21,388 bases of DNA from Seison nebaliae (lineage: Eukaryota): positions 310,001 through 331,388 of the forward strand of contig JALJEE010002436.1 of NCBI GenBank assembly GCA_023231475.1. The letters run 5' to 3'. How positions within the stretch are numbered: the first letter of the stretch is position 1; the number at the start of each line of letters is the position of its first letter. The position numbers and the translations under genes were made by a program. The notes under the pieces are model-generated. The model had not been told where the DNA came from and searched no databases. It was given only the letters and a program-made list of their open reading frames with translations. Positions 1-12,619 of this stretch are shown piece by piece.

Positions 1-3000
1 CCATTCGATTCTTGTGAATTAACTGTAATTGATTCATATGTTCAATTTGTAGATTGGACTGAAAATCTAAGTTGTATCGAAGGTGAAAATATTTCATTGA
101 AATTCAAATTATCAGAACCATTAAAACAGAAGATGAAAATAACGGGACGATATGGTGGTCGTCCATTTGAAGGCAATTTAATATCAGACGATCAAATTAA
201 TTATGAATGTTCTATAAAGAATGTACAGAAAATTGCCAATGGTGGTCGTTATGTTTTCTGTTTGGAGAATGATCCGTCTGCCAAATTGATTAAATCAGAT
301 GTACAAACTGAAATTCAGATTCAATTACTCATTACAGATAAACCGATAGAGATTGTGAAGAATTTAGAGAAAGAATATGAAGTGAATGAAGACGAAACAA
401 TTCAATTGGAATTCGAATTATCTCATCCATTTGTCAATGTGAACTGGATGAAAAATAATGATGTTTTGAATAAGAATAATCGTTATCGTATCTCTAATAT
501 TGATACGAAATATTTGTTGACAATACGCAATGCAACTGATAAGGATATTGGAACTTATAATCTAAAATTATCAGATGGCATTGGAGGATCGTTAGAAGAT
601 TCATGTTCTCTAAAGGTTCTTCCCAAACTTCCGGAATGGACGATGAAATTGGAAGATGAATATGAAGTTTTCGTATTCGATTCTCTCAATCTCGATGTTG
701 AGCTTAATCGTGAGAAAAATATAAAGTTCGAATGGATGATCGATGACGAATTGTTACTACCTAAATCGATTAAAGCAGACGAATTTGTAAAAGATTGCGA
801 ATTGTCATATAACGGAAATCGAACACAGTTGAAAAATCGTCGAATTCAAATTAATAATTTTCCACCGGAAGAATTCATCGTATATCGTCTAACGGTGAAA
901 GCAACACTTGTCAGTTTTCATTATCCGTCGATAACGAGTGAAACTCGACTAATTATTCGACAGCTACAACCGGCTTTTCTCAAACCGCTAAGATTGAAAC
1001 GAAAACATGGAAATATCATCGAAGAAGGTGAAGCGTTCGTACTCGAATGTAAAGTGAATAGAAAAGATGTCAATTTGAGATTGAAACAAATAATTGATAA
1101 AACCCTCGCGAAGTTACTCACACCTGGTGATGATGATCATTTTGTTGTGCAACGGGATGATGATGGATTGAAATGGATATTTAAATTATTTAATTCGAAA
1201 GCGACAGATGAAGGAAATTTCGTAGCGGAAATCGAAAATTATGAAGATATCAAAAGTCAATGTACGGTCGTAATTCAAGAAAGACCATTAGAATATGTTT
1301 GTCAACCAATTAGTGTATTAACGGTAATGGAAGATGATATTCTAAAAATTAAATTTGCAGTAAACAAACCGATCGATATTGAATCAATAGAATTATTTAA
1401 GAATGACGAAAAAATTAAAATTAATGAAAATAATGAAATAAACGATGAATTCTTCGTAACTTTCACTGATAATTTTCAAACGGTGGAACTAACCAAAAAA
1501 CCAGCATCGTTAGATGATGAAGCTGTTTATCGAGTGACTTGTGAGAAAATTAAATCGAAGAATTGCAAAGTTTCCGTTCAGGAATCATTACCGGTAATTT
1601 TACAAGAATTGTCCAATATCGAAATTGAGGAAGAACAGTCGATCGAATTAGAATGTGAATTAAATAAAATTTCTTCATTCAAACCAAAATGGACGATGGA
1701 TAATGTGGAAATTTTTCCTCATATCGACACGAGAGTTGAACAGAAAATTACGGAGAAAACATATACAATGAAAATAGACAAAGCTAAATTATCTGATGGT
1801 GGAAATTACAGTTTCATTTTATCAGATGGAAAATCATCAATACGATCGTCGTGTACTGTGAGTGTTAAAGAGAAACCTATAAAATTCACGAAAACTTTAA
1901 CTGATATCGAATTAACGGAAAATGAACAATTATTCGCCGATATTGAAGTGAGTGAAAGGAGAAATTGTCGTGTTGTCTTTCAAACTCAACTAACGAATAA
2001 TGATCAATGGCAGAAGATACCGGTGGAAAAGAAAGGATATGATTTAGAATCGAAAGGAAAATCATTCCAATTAACCATCGATCATGTCTCATTAATGATG
2101 AATGGGAAATTGAAATGTTTCATCCAAAATACGATAAACAACGATATAACAGACGAATGTGAATCAACTGTGATTGTTCATGAATCAGCACCGAAATTCG
2201 TCAAATTCTTTGAGAATTTAACTGATAAAGAAAATTCAAATATTAAATTTGAAGGGAAATTAGATAAACCATTAAAGAATGATGACAAAGTGGAATTTTT
2301 ATTAAACGGAAATCTTATTGAATCGAACGAAAAATATCTAATAGAAATTAACAATACAAATGTGAATTTATCTGTGAGAAATATAAATTTATCAGATAAT
2401 AAAGTATTTATGGTAAAGATTAATGGACAGATGGAACACGAACAATTCCGTTATGATGTGGAAGAAGATAATCCAGAATTTCTGAAGAAATTATCCGAAA
2501 AAATTGAAATAGAAGATGGAAGTGAACAAGTGGAATTTGAATGTTCAATTAATAAAAGTCATTGGAAGAAATTAAATAAACCGATCCAGGTGGAATGGGT
2601 GAAAACTAAGTCGTTTGGTTCCTGTTCAAATGCGAGTGAAGTTCCGTTACATTCATCATTGAAATGGAACATCGAACAGAAAATTGAACAAAATCCAGAA
2701 ACGCTAAATGTGAAATTGATAGTGAAGAAGATCGAAAAAGAAATTGATAATTCGATGTATATTTGTTGTCGTATTCGATCGGAATCGTCGAACGATATTG
2801 TCAATTCATCAATCAGTCAATTGATCGTGTTGGAACGACCACTAAAATTTGATATGGAAATAAAAGATTATGAAATTAATGAAGGCTCCAATTGTACGAT
2901 CGAATGTCAAATGAATAAAGAGATGGAGAACAATACGGATGTTCAATGGTATTTGGATGGTAAATTATTAAGTAAATCATCAAACATGAAATTTGTTCAA

Positions 3001-6000
3001 CGAAATAAATTATTCCAATTAAAAATTGGCGAAGTGACAAGTGAATTGAGTGGAAGAATAAAATGTAAAATTCAAAATATAGAAAGTGAAGGTTCGTTGA
3101 AAGTGAAAATCGAACCGATCAAATGGAGGAAAACGTTACAAGACACGACAGTGAATGAAGGAGATGAATGTCAATTACAATGTCAATGTGAACGAATCTA
3201 TCAGAAGCGAGTTGATATTAAATGGTTGAAGAACGGTGAAGAAATCGATATTGAGAAGGATAGAAAATATAAATGCGAATTTATGAAAGCCAATTGTAAA
3301 ATTATTTTGAAAGTGAAAGAAACTCAATTAATGGACGATGGCAAATGGACTTGTGTCATAAACGATTTATCAAAAACTTCCGCACAATTAACCGTCATAC
3401 CAATACCATTGGAATTCTCTCAGAGATTTACAGATCAAAATGTTGAAATAGAAAAAGAATGTCGTTTGGATGCGACACTTAAACACGCCATGATGAATCC
3501 GATTAAACTTCTCTTAAAATTGCACAACGAAACGGTAATCGAAATGGAAACGGAAGAAAAAGAGAAAGAGCTAAAGAAAATCGATAGATATAACCGAGAA
3601 TTGAAATTGAGTGTAGACAATAAACGTTCGCTACATTTCACCATTCCACAAGTCGTCAAAGACGATGACGGAGATTGGACATTAGAAGTTGAATGTGGGA
3701 AACAAAAAATTCGAACGAATTGTAATATGAAGGTGGAGAAAGAAGCGTTGTATTTCATTAAACCGCTGAACGATTTGAAAATTGAAGATTTACATAAGAC
3801 ATCGGTCGAATTCGTCTGTCAATTGAATAGATCATTAAAATCGACTGATTCATTGAAATGGTATAGAAAAGTCAATAATTCGACGGAATATGAATATTTG
3901 AAAATGAAATCTTATTATATTTATGGAGATACTTTCCAATTTCAAAATTCTAGAAGTATCGATAAATTCACATTGATATTACATGATGTAACATCCAACG
4001 ATTTAGGTATATATAAAGCGACCGTAGATGACTCAATCAGTACTGAAGCGATACTTCAATTAATTGTACCACCCACCATCAAAGCGGAAACAGGAGGAGG
4101 AGAATGTGTCCGAATTGCCAGTGGGAAGTCTCTTACTCTAAAATACAAATATCGAGGAGAACCATCACCAAATATTGAACTTCGATTTAACAATGAAAAA
4201 CTTGAAAATTTCTCAACGGATAATAATACCATTCAATATATTGCGGCAACCGTTAGTAATAACGGTGTAAAAAGGCAACATTCTGGTACTTATACAGCAA
4301 CGGCGAGTAATTGTGCGGGAACGGCAAATTGCGATATTGAAATCGTTGTTTTAGATGTGCCTTCGATTTGTCGACAATTCAAATGTAAACAAATAAAAGA
4401 CGAAGTTGTTTATTCGTGGTTGAAACCGGAAGATGATGGTGGAAACAAGATAATTTCATATGAATTACAAAAATGCTTCAAAAATAAACCTGGTAAATGG
4501 ACGCCATTAAAGTCGATTACAATTGATGATCTTGATTCAGAGAAATCGATGAAAAATAATGATGAATTATCTTATCCAATTTCACTCCAATTACCGACGG
4601 ATGAAACTTATCAATTTAGAATTTGTGCAGAGAATAGAAATGGAAAGAGTGAATATACATCACTAAAAGATGATTTCACTTTCATGGCATGGAATCGAGT
4701 TCCGGCCAAATGTAATCCTCCAAAAATATCGAATATTATGAAAGATTCATGTTGGGTGGAATGGGAACCACCAGAAGATTATGGAAGTTCACCAATCACT
4801 CAATTTACGATTGAGAAACGTTTGTCCACATCGAAACGATGGACCAAAGTTGGTCGAACAATTGAGGAATGTCAAATCGAAGCAAAAGATTTGATAAGTG
4901 ATGAACAATATGAATTTCGAGTTATATCGACTAATTCCGTCGGTAATAGTGAACCGAGTGATGGAAGTGAAATGGTGAGAATTCAATATCAATTCAAACC
5001 TCCCGATCCACCTATGGAATTGAAAATTGAAGATGTTACTGATAATTATATCGATATCAAATTTTTACCATCAACTTCTGATAATGGCTCTCCTTTAACG
5101 AATTATACAATTTCCATTAAGGAAATGCCATTGGGGCGTTATAGAGAATATGGGAAGATTGTTGACGATAAAACTTTATCATTAAAATTCTCTGAGACAA
5201 ATTCCATCAAATATCATATGGGTGGATTAAGGAAGAATTACAAATATATGATGAAAGTGACAGCTGCAAATTTAGCTGGAATCAGTTCTCCAATTGAAAG
5301 TGGTACGATCGAAGTGAAGAATCAAGTGAGTGGAAAACCACCGAAAATAGTAGAGGAAATCCAAAATATTGTTACCGTAGCGAACGAAACGATTTGTTTA
5401 CGTTGTGCTGTAAGCGGTAAACCATTCCCAACTATAAAATGGTATCATGAAGATAATGAATTGTTCGATGAGAATCATCAATTGGATTCAAGAGAAGAAT
5501 GTTCGTTTGTCATTGAGAAAATCAAATTACGTCAAGCTGGTTTATATCGATGTATTGCTAAGAATGAATTGGGAACATGTTCAACAGAGGGAAAGGTAGA
5601 AATTGTTGAGAAACCGAAAATAGAAGTCGATTCGAAAAATATCGAAGTGGAAGAAAATCGAGCTGTTCAACTGAAATTCCGATTGAAAAGTGATTCGGAT
5701 ATTACGAAAATTTTATTTTCCAATTCCGATCACTCATTCACAATTCCAGTAACTAATAGAAATTTCTATTGTTATTCATTAGGAAAAGCGAAGAAAGAAT
5801 GGACTGGTAATTATAAGTTAAAAGTGGAAAATATTGCTAGTTCGAGTGAAATTGATTTGAAATTAAAAGTATTGACAGTTCCTTCAATTGTCAATTCTTT
5901 CAAATGTTCGTCTGTTACTACAAGAAATATAACTTTCAGTTGGAGTATACCTTCGGATGATGGTGGTACTCCAATAACACATTATGAAATTAAACGTTTA

Positions 6001-9000
6001 CTACCCAAATCGGACGATATGTGGATACCGGTGAAAACGGTAAATTATGTTAATGATCAATTAAGTTATGAAATAACAATTGATGACGTTAAATGGAAGA
6101 ATGAAACGATTTATGGTATTCTTGCCGTTAATCGTATCGGTGAATCAGATATCGAAAAATTGGACGATGGAATCAGTTTAAAAAAAGAAGATTCTTTGGC
6201 ACCACCTGAAGATATTAAAGTGTCGAATGTGAATGAAGATGGTTGTGATATTGACTGGACATGGAAAGGAAGAGATCCGAAGTTGAAAGGATTTACCATC
6301 GAAGCTAAAGAGATTGATGATTATGATAGTGGTATATGGAAGAAAGTACATCGAGGAATCTTGAAAGATCGAAATTCTTATAGAATCGGTGACAATTATT
6401 TAACAATTAATTCATCATATATTTTTCGAGTTAATGCCATTTCTGATACTTCATCAGTGCCAAGTAGAGAAAGTGATATTTATAAAATAAAAAATGCTGA
6501 ATCTATTCCATCACCACCGACAATATCATCAGTGAATATTTCCAGAAATGTCAATTGCGAATTAAAATGGAAAGAACCGATTCGTTCTGGTGGTACGACA
6601 ATTCGAGGATATTATGTTGAATACCGAATTATTAATACAAATTTTACTATAAAAGATGATGGTGATGATGATGATAAGAAAGAATGGATCAGATGTAACG
6701 ACTCATCTTTATGTCGTCATAATGATTATTTGATTACTGAATTGGAATTTGATACTATTTATATTTTCCGTGTTGCGGCAGTTAATCGAGTTGGAATGGG
6801 ACCATGGAGTCTTCCCTCCACACAATTTAGAACGGCTTCAAAAGAAATGGAAGAAAAACCGAAAATTTTAATTGAGAAAAAATGGAATTTTCAAATGGAT
6901 AAATCTGGGAAAATGGTAGGTAGAGTTCAATCACTTGCTCCAATTCTTGAAGTTGAATGGACTAAATCTTATCGAACTCTCTTATCCAATAAAGTAACTA
7001 CGACATTCGCGGATGGTGAGGCCGTTCTTTATTTTTCGACAATGACCGAAAAAGATGGGGGGTATTATGAATTGATGGCGAGGAATGTCAATGGAGAGAC
7101 AACAGAACAAATTGAAGTAAGTATAGAATCGCCGGCAGAAATAATTCCAGATAAACGATATCATTTATCGAAACAAAAGATCGAAGTTGGTGAAACTTTC
7201 CGATTTATTGCGACAATTCGAGGAATTCCCGAACCAAAAATTTATTGGAAGAAAGATCGTTCTCCTTTGGAATTTACGGATAATTGTCGTGGGGCTTTAG
7301 CAGCATCATTATATACGTTAACATTCAAAAATTGTACATATAAACATAGTGGAGAATATATCATTTATGCTGATAATGGAGCGTCATCATTAGCATCATA
7401 TAAATTTGAAATTGCGGTGGTCGATGTCCCATCAATTCCAAGAGGTCCACTCTATGTGAATGATGTGACAGAGACTGGTGCAACGATATTATGGAAAAAT
7501 TCTGTACATGATAATAATTCTCCCATCAATAAATATTCGGTGGAGAAGAGAACAATAAGTGCATATTCGGATGAAAAGATTATGGGCGGTAGTTTCGGTA
7601 ATTGGTTACATGTACAAAATGTCAATCCAAATGTGGTGGGACAAGGAGTATTGGTGAAAACATCGTTATCGACATTAACGGAATTCCGAGTGAAAGCTCA
7701 TAATGATATTGGGGAGAGTGAGCCATTAATATCGGAAGAAATTATTCCAATGGGAATGGAGAGTGCACCGAACACCCCGATCGGCCCAGTACACATTTTA
7801 AGATGTGAGGGAAATATTGATAACGTCAATTCGGCATTCGATGCCATTCTCAAATGGTCATCGGCTAATGCTCATATATTCTCTCATGTTCAAGGATTAA
7901 ATTTATCTCATTATGTTATCGAAGAAAGACAATTAGATCGTTGGGTATATGTTGGACGAACTTCATCTGCTGATACGGAATATTACATAAATAATTCAAA
8001 CGGAATTTATCGAATTTATTCGGTTAATGAAAGAGGTGAACGTTCGTCCACTCCACTTTATTCTCATCCTGATTATGATGAGCATAATTTACAAAATATT
8101 CCACCTGATTGTCCATTGGGACCCATATCAGTCACTTCACGTACTTCTAATAATATCAGTATTCAATGGGGAGAATTACTCACCGGTTCAACGGTAGATA
8201 ATTATGTTATCGAAATTCGAGGTACAATGGATGATGATTGGGTGGAGTGTTGTCGTCAACATTTCACATCAACTTCTTGCACACTCAGAGATTTATTACC
8301 CAACACTGATTATAATATTCGAATTTTTGCAGAGAATCAATACGGGAAATCATTACCATTGAAATGCAAAGTTCTAGTGTCGACATTGAAGAGTTTCGAA
8401 TGTCCATCAGCACCGGAAGGACCTCTACAATATTCCATCGATAATTATGAAGTTCGTCTTCGATGGCACGCTAGTCGAAATAATGGTGGATCATCAATTC
8501 GTGAATATATCATTGAAAGGAAAGATGTGGCACGTGATCGATGGATAAAAGATGGTGCCGTTTCATCCAACACATTTAATTACACAATGAAAAATTTATT
8601 ACCTACATCAAAATATTTAATTCGAATTATCGCTAATAACGATATCGGAATGAGTGAACAATTAGAATGTGATGATATTATTTGTATCGAAGATCGAAAT
8701 AAATTAATTCCAAATAAACCGATCGGTCCAATTTCAATTAATGAAGATGATGATTCAATTAACATCAATTGGATGTTCGATGAGCAAACGCCAATAAAGA
8801 AGAGCAAAGATATTTGGCATCTTATCCAATTGCAGAAATGGAAGAAAGATGAAAACGGTTCAATGAAAACTGACTGGGTTGTGGTCAATCGAGTCTCTTT
8901 ATCATCATCTCCCACCAACGAATTAAATTATCGATTATTGAGAGAATTGTTAATGGATGAAACGGAAATTAATATCAGAATAATTGCAGAGAATCAGATT

Positions 9001-11929
9001 GGAAATCAAAGTGAATATCTTCATTTGGAGGAGCCATATCAATTGAAATTTGCAACGAAAGTTGCCCCAGTTCAAAATATTAAAGTTGATTGTCTATCGA
9101 ACGGTGTCATTTTCGTCGAATGGACTCAAATCAGTTCGATGAAAGTGAGAAATGAATATCGATCACAACCGATTAAAGAATATTTATTAGAATATCGTAC
9201 AACTGATAGAAACTGGCAAGAATTATGCCGTTGTCCTTCTTTCGAAACGACACATTCCATTGAGAATATTTTTGAAAATTTCGAATTAAGAATTACAGCG
9301 ATCGACATTAATTTGAAAAGAAGTGATCCGACGAACTTCGAAGAGTTAATTCATCCACAGAAAAAATCATCAATTCCATTAGCACCAACTGGTCATTTGA
9401 GATTATCAGCAGATGAGAAGAAATTGATATGGAAAGGTTGTTGGACATTCGACGAGTTAGAAAATATTGATTATTTCAAAATCGAATCTCGAAATCCGAA
9501 TAAAATAGAATGGCAAGAAATTGGTAGATCCCAACAACATTTGATGGAGGCGGATATCGATAATTTAGGAGTTGATTATGTTTTCGATTCATATGTAAGA
9601 ATCATAGCTGGTAATGGTTATGGTGAGAGTGTTCCGTTAGAATCGAAGAAACCGATCGAATCTCAATCATCTTCTTTACTTCCAGTTTCCCCGGAAAATT
9701 TCGAAGTTATTGATATCGATTCGAATATCGTTAAACTCAAATGGACATTACCACGTTCTTCATACGAGAAGAGACCGAATTATTTAATAATTGAAGCGAA
9801 AGATTATCGATGGAGTGTATGGAAACAATTGAAACGATTACGAGTCGTAACGTCATGTGATTTGGATGATTTGAAAGCAGATAATAAATATACGATCAGA
9901 ATTTATTCACAAAATTCAAACGGTAAATCGAAACATCAACCTCAATTAACTTTCACCACATTACCATCAAATGAAATACCATCAACACCAGAACGTTTCC
10001 AACAAGACTCGTTAAATGCCAACGAAATTAATTGGTATTGTGATGACGAAAATTCGAAAAATTTCGTCCTCAAATTCTTCAACTCTCATCAATGTGATTG
10101 GGAGAAGATTGGTGAAATTGAAACGAGTTTAAATCGTCGATATAAATATGTATTAAGTACTGATGATATTCGAACGATATTGAATCGAACAGCAAATGAT
10201 GAATTGAAATTTCAACTTTTCTCTATCAATTCTAATGGATTGAAAAGCGAACCAGCCAATCTCAACAATGTTGACATTCAGGAGTTGAGGAAATTAATTT
10301 TCAATTTGAATGAAGTGGACGAGTTGCCACCGCCTGAAAAACCATTAACCATAACAGCGGTTGGATTAGACACGGTGAAAATGACGTGGAATAAACCGAT
10401 TGTTGATAAAGAAAATTTATCTCAATGGTCTTATATTCGAACACAAAAAGATTTGGATTCTTTCATTTCTTCTTATGTTATCGAACGGAAACTAATCACG
10501 TCATTCTCGTCGAATTGGCAACACATTTCCACCATTAATAACGTGAATAAAACGGAATGTGAAATTCCTGGCCAAGAAAACGATGCATCATATCGATACC
10601 GTATAAAATCAGTCTCTAATCGTCTTTCATTACAATCGAAACCGTTAGAAAATGGTGAAATTTTTATATTTAAATCTCCGTTTGATGTGCCTGAAATACC
10701 ATCAGCAATTCGATTAGTTGAATTTGATGATAATTCAGTCAAGATATCTTGGGACGCTCCATTCCATGATGGAGGACAAAATATTATCGATTATTTAGTG
10801 GAGAGGAGAGATATCCGTTCGCAAATATGGCTACAATGTGACATAGTGAGACATGATGACACTAAACAAAATTTCCAAACAACTATCAAACAATTACAAT
10901 CTAATTGTTCCTACAAAATTCGAATATGTGCCAGAAATGTTATCGGAACATCAAATCACTTATTATTAGATAACGATATCACAATTTCTGGTCAAGTCGA
11001 TATTTTACCACCAAAATTATTTCAAATTGATGAAATCAAAAATGGTGAAGCGTCATTGTCTTGGGTGAGTCCGTCATCAATTGAACGAGATGTTTATAAA
11101 GAGATTTCTTATGAATTGGAACAACAAATAAATGGGGAAAAATGGAAGATCATTAAACGTCTGCCAATCAAACAAACTACTTTTACCACGTCTCAATTGA
11201 AAGATAATTGCAAATATCGTTTCAGAATACGAGTTTATATTCTACTGAAAACTATTGAGAAATATAGTGAGTATGTGGAAACGGAACCGATTTTAGTAAG
11301 AACAAAATCCAATTTACCATTAGCTCCCTCATATTTCTTCGTAAGGAGAATTGGAGATTCATTTTTTGAATTACAATGGCAGAATATGGAGGATAATGAT
11401 CTGACAAATATCGTCGAATTTGAATTAGATATCATGAATACAAATTACATCTCTAACTATTGGTCTACACTTACTACCGTTCCTTATACCATTTCTACTT
11501 ATTTTTGTAAAAACTTAACTAAAAAGACAATTTATAATTGTCGTATTCGATCGAGAAATCCATTTGGTGTTTCCGAATGGAAAGAGTTACCAGAACCGAT
11601 TGAAGTACTTAATCGTTTCATGCCTCCACCACCTCCATTAGGTCCCATACAAATTTCTAATATTACTAGAGAGACAGCTGATATATCTTGGATGGCTCCC
11701 ATGTCTTCCGATTGTTTACATTCGCCAGTTACTTCTTATTTCATTGAGAAATGTCAATTATCCCGAAATATTTGGGTGAAAGTGGCAAGAGTCACATCTG
11801 ACATTACATCAGTAAGAGTACAAAATATGTTGGAAAATAATGAACATCAAATTCGCATTCAAGCTGAAAACACGAATGGTGTATCAGATTTCTTAGTATC
11901 TGATAATATTATCCCCAATAGAACTTCAG
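1..11929 (+). CDS. Giant internal exon of a titin/twitchin-family Ig and FN3 repeat protein (5'-partial)
   Basis: Frame +1 is open from base 1 (PFDSCELTVIDSYVQFVDW...), so the TTG start at 97 is an artefact. About 14 tandem I-set Ig domains at ~40-4350 (F.K.L.D..V.E..LEC, W.K, D.G.Y motifs, e.g. DIGTYNL, DGGNYSF, DDGKWTC). These are followed by FN3x3 (~4357-5320), Igx2 (~5335-5875), FN3x3 (~5875-6835), Igx2 (~6853-7420) and about 14 tandem FN3 (~7423-11920). The FN3s carry the muscle-type motifs W..P..DGG..I..Y..E and Y.FRV.A.N..G (e.g. WDAPFHDGGQNIIDYLVERR, YIFRVAAVNRVGMG). No transmembrane segment. Domain counts are by eye. Confidence 0.93.
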
Positions 11930-11980
11930 GTTTTTTCTTTTGTGCATTTGTCATTTATTCAAATTTTTTAATTTTTTAAG
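11930..11980 (+). other. 51-nt GT-AG intron
   Basis: CAG|GTTTTTTC donor at 11930, T-rich interior, TTTTTTAAG| acceptor ending at 11980. The ORF-track tail GFFFCAFVIYSNFLIF is intron read-through. Phase-1 splicing opens a 200-nt exon. Confidence 0.85.
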
Positions 11981-12180
11981 AAAATTCATCTAAAAATTTC
12001 ATGCGTCAAACCGGTTTATTCCCAACTATTGACGCTTTATTCGTGGTTCAACGATTGGAAAAAGACGCTTATCTATTCAAACTATTCATCGATCATCCTC
12101 TATCGTCGACTCTCGAGACATTGGATACAATTCTCAGCAGTACTGAATATGATGAAGATGACGATGACGATAACATCTAA
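11981..12180 (+). CDS. Terminal exon of the Ig/FN3 giant protein
   Basis: After splicing it reads ENSSKNFMRQTGLFPTIDALFVVQRLEKDAYLFKLFIDHPLSSTLETLDTILSSTEYDEDDDDDNI* with TAA at 12178-12180. AT-rich non-coding sequence follows. Confidence 0.82.
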
Positions 12181-12362
12181 ATTTAATAATAGAAATTGAA
12201 TAACATATTTTAAATTATCATACTACTGAAACTAGGTGACTTCTTCAACACAAACTTTTCGGAATCGCATAATAATTATAATATTAAATTTTAAAATTTG
12301 CTGAATAGTATGGCAATTAACTAATTGACCAATTGCTATTCAATATTATCTCCTCTTAACTT

Positions 12363-12397
12363 AATAAAACTTATTCTTATCTCCATATTTCAATAAA
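12363..12397 (+). terminator. Candidate polyadenylation signals of the Ig/FN3 gene
   Basis: AATAAA at 12363-12368 and 12392-12397, about 180-210 nt after the stop codon. The hexamer is common by chance in AT-rich DNA. Confidence 0.35.
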
Positions 12398-12619
12398 TCA
12401 TACTACAACTTAACAACGAACATTGTAAACTAAACTGATTAAACAATTAATAGTGTTTTACACTACGATTTCGAAAAAAATTATTTTGAAGAAAAATTAA
12501 AGGAAATTAATTATGGAGGAAATGCATGAAAAGGAACAGATTCGTAGATAAAATAGTCAAGGTTCTAATCAAAAATAGATTTTTCTACCATCCTAAACCA
12601 GACGAGTAAGAATCATTTT

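Noticed and set aside
97..99. TTG start of the 3960-aa ORF
   Set aside because: The frame is open to base 1 and the upstream codons continue an Ig domain; the gene starts outside the window.
6655..6675. GAT microsatellite-like run
   Set aside because: Encodes an acidic loop (DDGDDDD) within an FN3 domain; ordinary low complexity.
921..11435. Eleven short minus-strand ORFs (60-112 aa) inside the giant exon
   Set aside because: Antisense shadows of a long coding frame; S/F/I-rich with no motifs.
97..11979. Bacterial giant adhesin or cell-surface receptor interpretation
   Set aside because: The FN3 motifs are of the intracellular titin/twitchin type, there is no TM segment, and spliceosomal introns and eukaryotic TEs are present.
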